Below the pieces are notes generated by a model that saw only the letters and a program-made list of their open reading frames with translations, did no database searches and was not told the origin of the DNA. Below, in pieces: positions 56,984 through 59,894 of a DNA stretch of 59,894 nt; within the stretch, counting starts at the first letter, position 1, and each line of letters begins with the position of its first letter. The stretch comes from Methanobacteriota archaeon (GTDB lineage Archaea > Thermoplasmatota > Poseidoniia > Poseidoniales > Thalassarchaeaceae): the NCBI GenBank assembly GCA_011523185.1, contig WTHI01000122.1, forward strand, positions 39,962-99,855, written 5' to 3'. A program made the translations under genes and the position numbers.

Positions 56984-57045
56984 AACTCAATCGCGATATG
57001 AACAGGGGATAAGATTTCTGAACCTCTGAGTGGAAAATAATCACC

Positions 57046-57843
57046 CTATTCGTTTGGTGCAGGATCTTCTAGTCGATTTTCTTCATCTAGTCTGGCTTTT
57101 GCTATACCTGCGAAATATACCATCATTGGTACTGCAATCAACAAGAAAAAGCAGCCAACTAAAGTAGCAATGCCATATAGTGTCTCTTGGACGGGGTCAA
57201 TTTGAAATTCCGAAATTGATACCAATTCATGTTCTGTCAATGAAAAACTGAGTTCTATACCTTCTGGCGATACTAATTCGCCATCAACATAAATCGAAAT
57301 TAACCAAGTTGTCGTTACCTTTTCTTGAGATAGTAAATTCAAGGCCTCTGTTTCGGCCAATTCTGCATCATCAGCTCGTACGTAGCCTACACCGTTTATT
57401 GGCAACTCTAGAGATGCCCTTCCCCTCATAACGACCTCTTCTGTATCTATCATCATACTATGTTCATAGGCTTCTTCACAAGAATCTGAAATTTCATCAA
57501 ATTCCTTACAATTGAACGCTGAATCTCCATCTTCTCCTAATAGAGGCGAATGAAACCACGTAGAACTTGTAGAGGTGATGACTAACTCTGCATCATTTGG
57601 GGCATTAACGACGGTAAGATTGACCCATGTAGGAGAAGAAGACGTTGAAACATACCAGGAGGATTCGTTCTCACTTTCTAGTTCAAGTGCATACTCCACA
57701 CTCTCATTAGTGGTTTCGTATCGGTAATATTCACTATCTACGGTGGCAGAAAATACAGCATAAGATAGTACCAAAATCAATACCAAACCTAGACCTATCA
57801 TAGTCCGAAGCATGTTCGGGTTCCTCGATAGCGACTTCCTCAT
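57046..57843 (-). CDS. hypothetical membrane-anchored acidic protein
   Basis: An N-terminal signal anchor, an acidic extracellular region and a C-terminal TM are present. The start may instead be the internal MLRTMIGLG. Confidence 0.4.
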   Translation of the reverse strand: MRKSLSRNPNMLRTMIGLGLVLILVLSYAVFSATVDSEYYRYETTNESVEYALELESENESSWYVSTSSSPTWVNLTVVNAPNDAELVITSTSSTWFHSPLLGEDGDSAFNCKEFDEISDSCEEAYEHSMMIDTEEVVMRGRASLELPINGVGYVRADDAELAETEALNLLSQEKVTTTWLISIYVDGELVSPEGIELSFSLTEHELVSISEFQIDPVQETLYGIATLVGCFFLLIAVPMMVYFAGIAKARLDEENRLEDPAPNE

Positions 57844-57982
57844 TACTAATCCGAACCGTTGGGGTGGTTTGAACCATTGTGTGGGGTCCGTAAGAATGCA
57901 GTACCAAGCCGCTATAGGTTTCAGTCAAGTCATCACCGTTATATACGGCCTCAAGGTCGGCCGGGCGCTACAAGGTGAGTGT

Positions 57983-58453
57983 ATGACGACGTATCACGAT
58001 GTGCCAGCAGACCTTCTGATTGCGGACCTCGCACAGAGATTGTCAGACAATGACTCAATCAATGCCCCTGAGTGGGCTGATTTTGTAAAGACAGGCACTC
58101 ACAGAGAGAAGCCTCCTGAACAAGAAGATTGGTGGTATGTTCGATGTGCGGCTGTACTTCGAAAGGTTGCAATGAAAGGACCAATTGGTACTAATCACAT
58201 GTCACAGTTATTCGGCGGGCCTAAGGACCGTGGTGTCAAGCCTAACCGCGCAGTAGCAGGATCAAGGAAGGTTGCTAGGACTGCTCTACAACAACTAGCA
58301 TCCGCCGGTTTTATCACAGACTCATTCAACACCGCCGGAACAGTTACTCTCGGAAAGATAGTGACTCCAACCGGTCAATCTCTCTTGGACGAAAGTGCAC
58401 ATAGTGTCCGTCCCCAAGCAGAAGAGAGACATCCAGAGCTAGCGAGATATTGA
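57983..58453 (+). CDS. rps19e: 30S ribosomal protein S19e
   Basis: MTTYHDVPADLLI..LA..L......PEWADFVKTG.H.E.PP...DWWY.R.AA.LRK. The start is at an internal ATG preceded by AAGGTGAG. Confidence 0.9.
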   Translation: MTTYHDVPADLLIADLAQRLSDNDSINAPEWADFVKTGTHREKPPEQEDWWYVRCAAVLRKVAMKGPIGTNHMSQLFGGPKDRGVKPNRAVAGSRKVARTALQQLASAGFITDSFNTAGTVTLGKIVTPTGQSLLDESAHSVRPQAEERHPELARY

Positions 58454-58462
58454 GGTGGGTTT

Positions 58463-58618
58463 ATGGCGCGCAACAAACCATTTGGAAAGAAGCAGCGACT
58501 AAACAAAGTCACCAAGCAGAATCGAAGAGTACCTGTTTGGGTAATGCTTCGCACTGCTAGGAACACTACATCCCATCCTAAGCGTCACCATTGGCGCAGG
58601 TCAAAACTTCAGAGGTGA
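58463..58618 (+). CDS. rpl39e: 50S ribosomal protein L39e (51 aa, below the ORF-track cutoff)
   Basis: Manual translation gives [51 protein letters not shown]. The gene is preceded by GAGGTGGG. Confidence 0.85.
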   Translation: MARNKPFGKKQRLNKVTKQNRRVPVWVMLRTARNTTSHPKRHHWRRSKLQR

Positions 58619-58623
58619 TTCTT

Positions 58624-58887
58624 ATGGCGGAAGTAAAGGAAATGGTAATCCCGCTACGCGCTGCCTGGAACGTTCCTCGAACAAAGCGCGCTAACCGTGC
58701 AATGGCTGAAATTCGTAATCATGTCTCACAACACATGAAAATCCAAGAAGATGAAGAAATTTGGATTGATCAGGCTGTCAACGAAGTAATCTGGGCCAGA
58801 GGGATGCAAAAGCCACCACGGAAGATACGAATCGTTTGTACTAGGGAAGAAGGATTCCCTCTTGAAGTAAAATTGGCGGAGGAGTGA
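58624..58887 (+). CDS. rpl31e: 50S ribosomal protein L31e
   Basis: [31 protein letters not shown].....IWID...N..IW.RG...PPRKIR. The start is at an internal ATG. Confidence 0.9.
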   Translation: MAEVKEMVIPLRAAWNVPRTKRANRAMAEIRNHVSQHMKIQEDEEIWIDQAVNEVIWARGMQKPPRKIRIVCTREEGFPLEVKLAEE

Positions 58888-58889
58888 AA

Positions 58890-59084
58890 ATGGGTAATAT
58901 TCGACCTTCATTCATCAAGACTAGGGCCCTACATTTATTGGAAATTTATCCAGACAAGTTTACCGACGACTTCGAAACTAACAAACATCTTGTTGTTGAA
59001 TTCACAGACGTCGGTGACAACAAGCGCATGAGAAATTGGATAGCGGGATATATCACCCGTTACATTCAGCGCCGTACCGATTGA
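58890..59084 (+). CDS. rps17e: 30S ribosomal protein S17e
   Basis: [35 protein letters not shown]....D....[13 protein letters not shown]. The gene is preceded by GGAGGAGTGA. Confidence 0.85.
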   Translation: MGNIRPSFIKTRALHLLEIYPDKFTDDFETNKHLVVEFTDVGDNKRMRNWIAGYITRYIQRRTD

Positions 59085-59089
59085 GTGGT

Positions 59090-59848
59090 ATGGGCGACTA
59101 CGCGGAATTATCATTTCCCGCATTCTCTAACAATGTCTGCATTGTCCTGGTAGCCCCAGAACATGATGGTAACATCGGCGCTGTTGCTAGAAGTATGATG
59201 AACTTTGGAATAACAGATCTAAGAGTGGTTGGGCGAACAACAAATTGGTCTGAAGAGACTAGAAAGAGAGCGAAGAATGCTCAGTACGTCCTAAAAAACG
59301 CTCGAGCCTTTGAGACACTTCAAGATGCCACCTATGATTGTTCATTGGTAGTGGGGACGTCTGGAAAGAGAGAACATGGGGATAAGACGGCAATGAGGCA
59401 TTTCTTGTTGCCTGATGAACTACCAGACCGCTTATCTGGGGTGGATGGTAAATCTGCCCTAGTATTTGGCCCAGAAGGTAAAGGATTGGTAAATGACCAA
59501 CTGCGATTGTGCGATCTCTTGGTAACTATTCCAACATGGGAAGGCTATCCGATTCTGAACCTAAGCCATGCGGTTACCGTACTCTGTTTTTCCTGGTTCA
59601 CTGGAGTATCAGATAATCCAGTACCTGGAACGGATGGTAGAATTCTAGACCCGGAATTAAGGCGAATATTGAGGGAAGAAGTAACTAGGTTGGTGCAATT
59701 AATTCCAACTAAGGACCACAAAAGACAGGGTATGGATGAAACTCTAGTTCGTGTAATTATGAGAGGTTTGCCAAAAGATGATGAAATTCATCGTATACTT
59801 GGTATTCTTTCTGCCGCCGCAGATTCTTTCGAAAATGATGAATCATAG
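59090..59848 (+). CDS. SpoU/TrmJ-like RNA 2'-O-methyltransferase
   Basis: CIVLVAPEHDGNIGAVARSMMNFG and LVFGPEGKGL ... IPT......LNLSHAV are SPOUT class motifs. The start is at an internal ATG. Confidence 0.72.
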   Translation: MGDYAELSFPAFSNNVCIVLVAPEHDGNIGAVARSMMNFGITDLRVVGRTTNWSEETRKRAKNAQYVLKNARAFETLQDATYDCSLVVGTSGKREHGDKTAMRHFLLPDELPDRLSGVDGKSALVFGPEGKGLVNDQLRLCDLLVTIPTWEGYPILNLSHAVTVLCFSWFTGVSDNPVPGTDGRILDPELRRILREEVTRLVQLIPTKDHKRQGMDETLVRVIMRGLPKDDEIHRILGILSAAADSFENDES

Positions 59849-59894
59849 GGTACCCTATGAATCAGGATACCACGAAGCCCAAGACTTGGGTGTC

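Noticed and set aside
1-59894. Search for CRISPR arrays, IS elements, transposases, toxin-antitoxin pairs or recognisable defence genes
   Set aside because: None were found by eye. There are no regularly spaced direct repeats, and no DDE/HUH/recombinase or restriction-modification motifs in any listed ORF.

Overview
This window is a densely coded archaeal chromosomal segment, moderately AT-rich by eye, with about 60 genes on both strands. No transposase, integrase or CRISPR array is visible. The archaeal assignment rests on ribosomal proteins S19e, L39e, L31e and S17e, the proteasome beta subunit, the KH/beta-CASP nuclease aCPSF1, tRNA-splicing endonuclease, a family-B DNA polymerase, a geranylgeranyl reductase, an archaeal-type SRP 7S RNA and a CxxxY-type CcmE. 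Alongside these are many bacterial-looking metabolic genes: thyA-folA, a PlsC-like acyltransferase, cytosolic-type mdh, pntAA-AB-B, a type IA topoisomerase and fdhD-ydeP. Several secreted or membrane-anchored proteases and adhesins are also present (S8, M6, PKD). This mix fits a marine Thermoplasmatota / Marine Group II (Poseidoniales)-like genome, but that is inferred from gene content, not from a database search. Two RNA genes are not explained by the ORF track: tRNA-Pro(UGG) at 13540..13617 and an SRP RNA at about 39668..39985, which the track mis-translates as a 100-aa ORF. rpl39e falls below the track's length cutoff. No obvious defence island or mobile element was found. The candidates most worth follow-up are: (1) an operonic SDR plus steroid-5-alpha-reductase-family pair, a possible dolichol alpha-saturation module; (2) a TatC homolog with a Cys-rich C-terminal extension, coupled to a CxCH surface protein and followed by an M6 protease; (3) a family-B polymerase with eroded catalytic motifs, coupled to an 85-aa ORF and overlapping at its 3' end a Walker-A-less RecA-fold gene; (4) a Z-DNA-prone alternating purine/pyrimidine GC island just upstream of the topoisomerase I promoter region; (5) a YgfZ/IBA57-like gene next to iscA that is split by a single in-frame TAA. 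All functional calls come from motif recognition by eye in the supplied translations and need HMM or structure searches to confirm.
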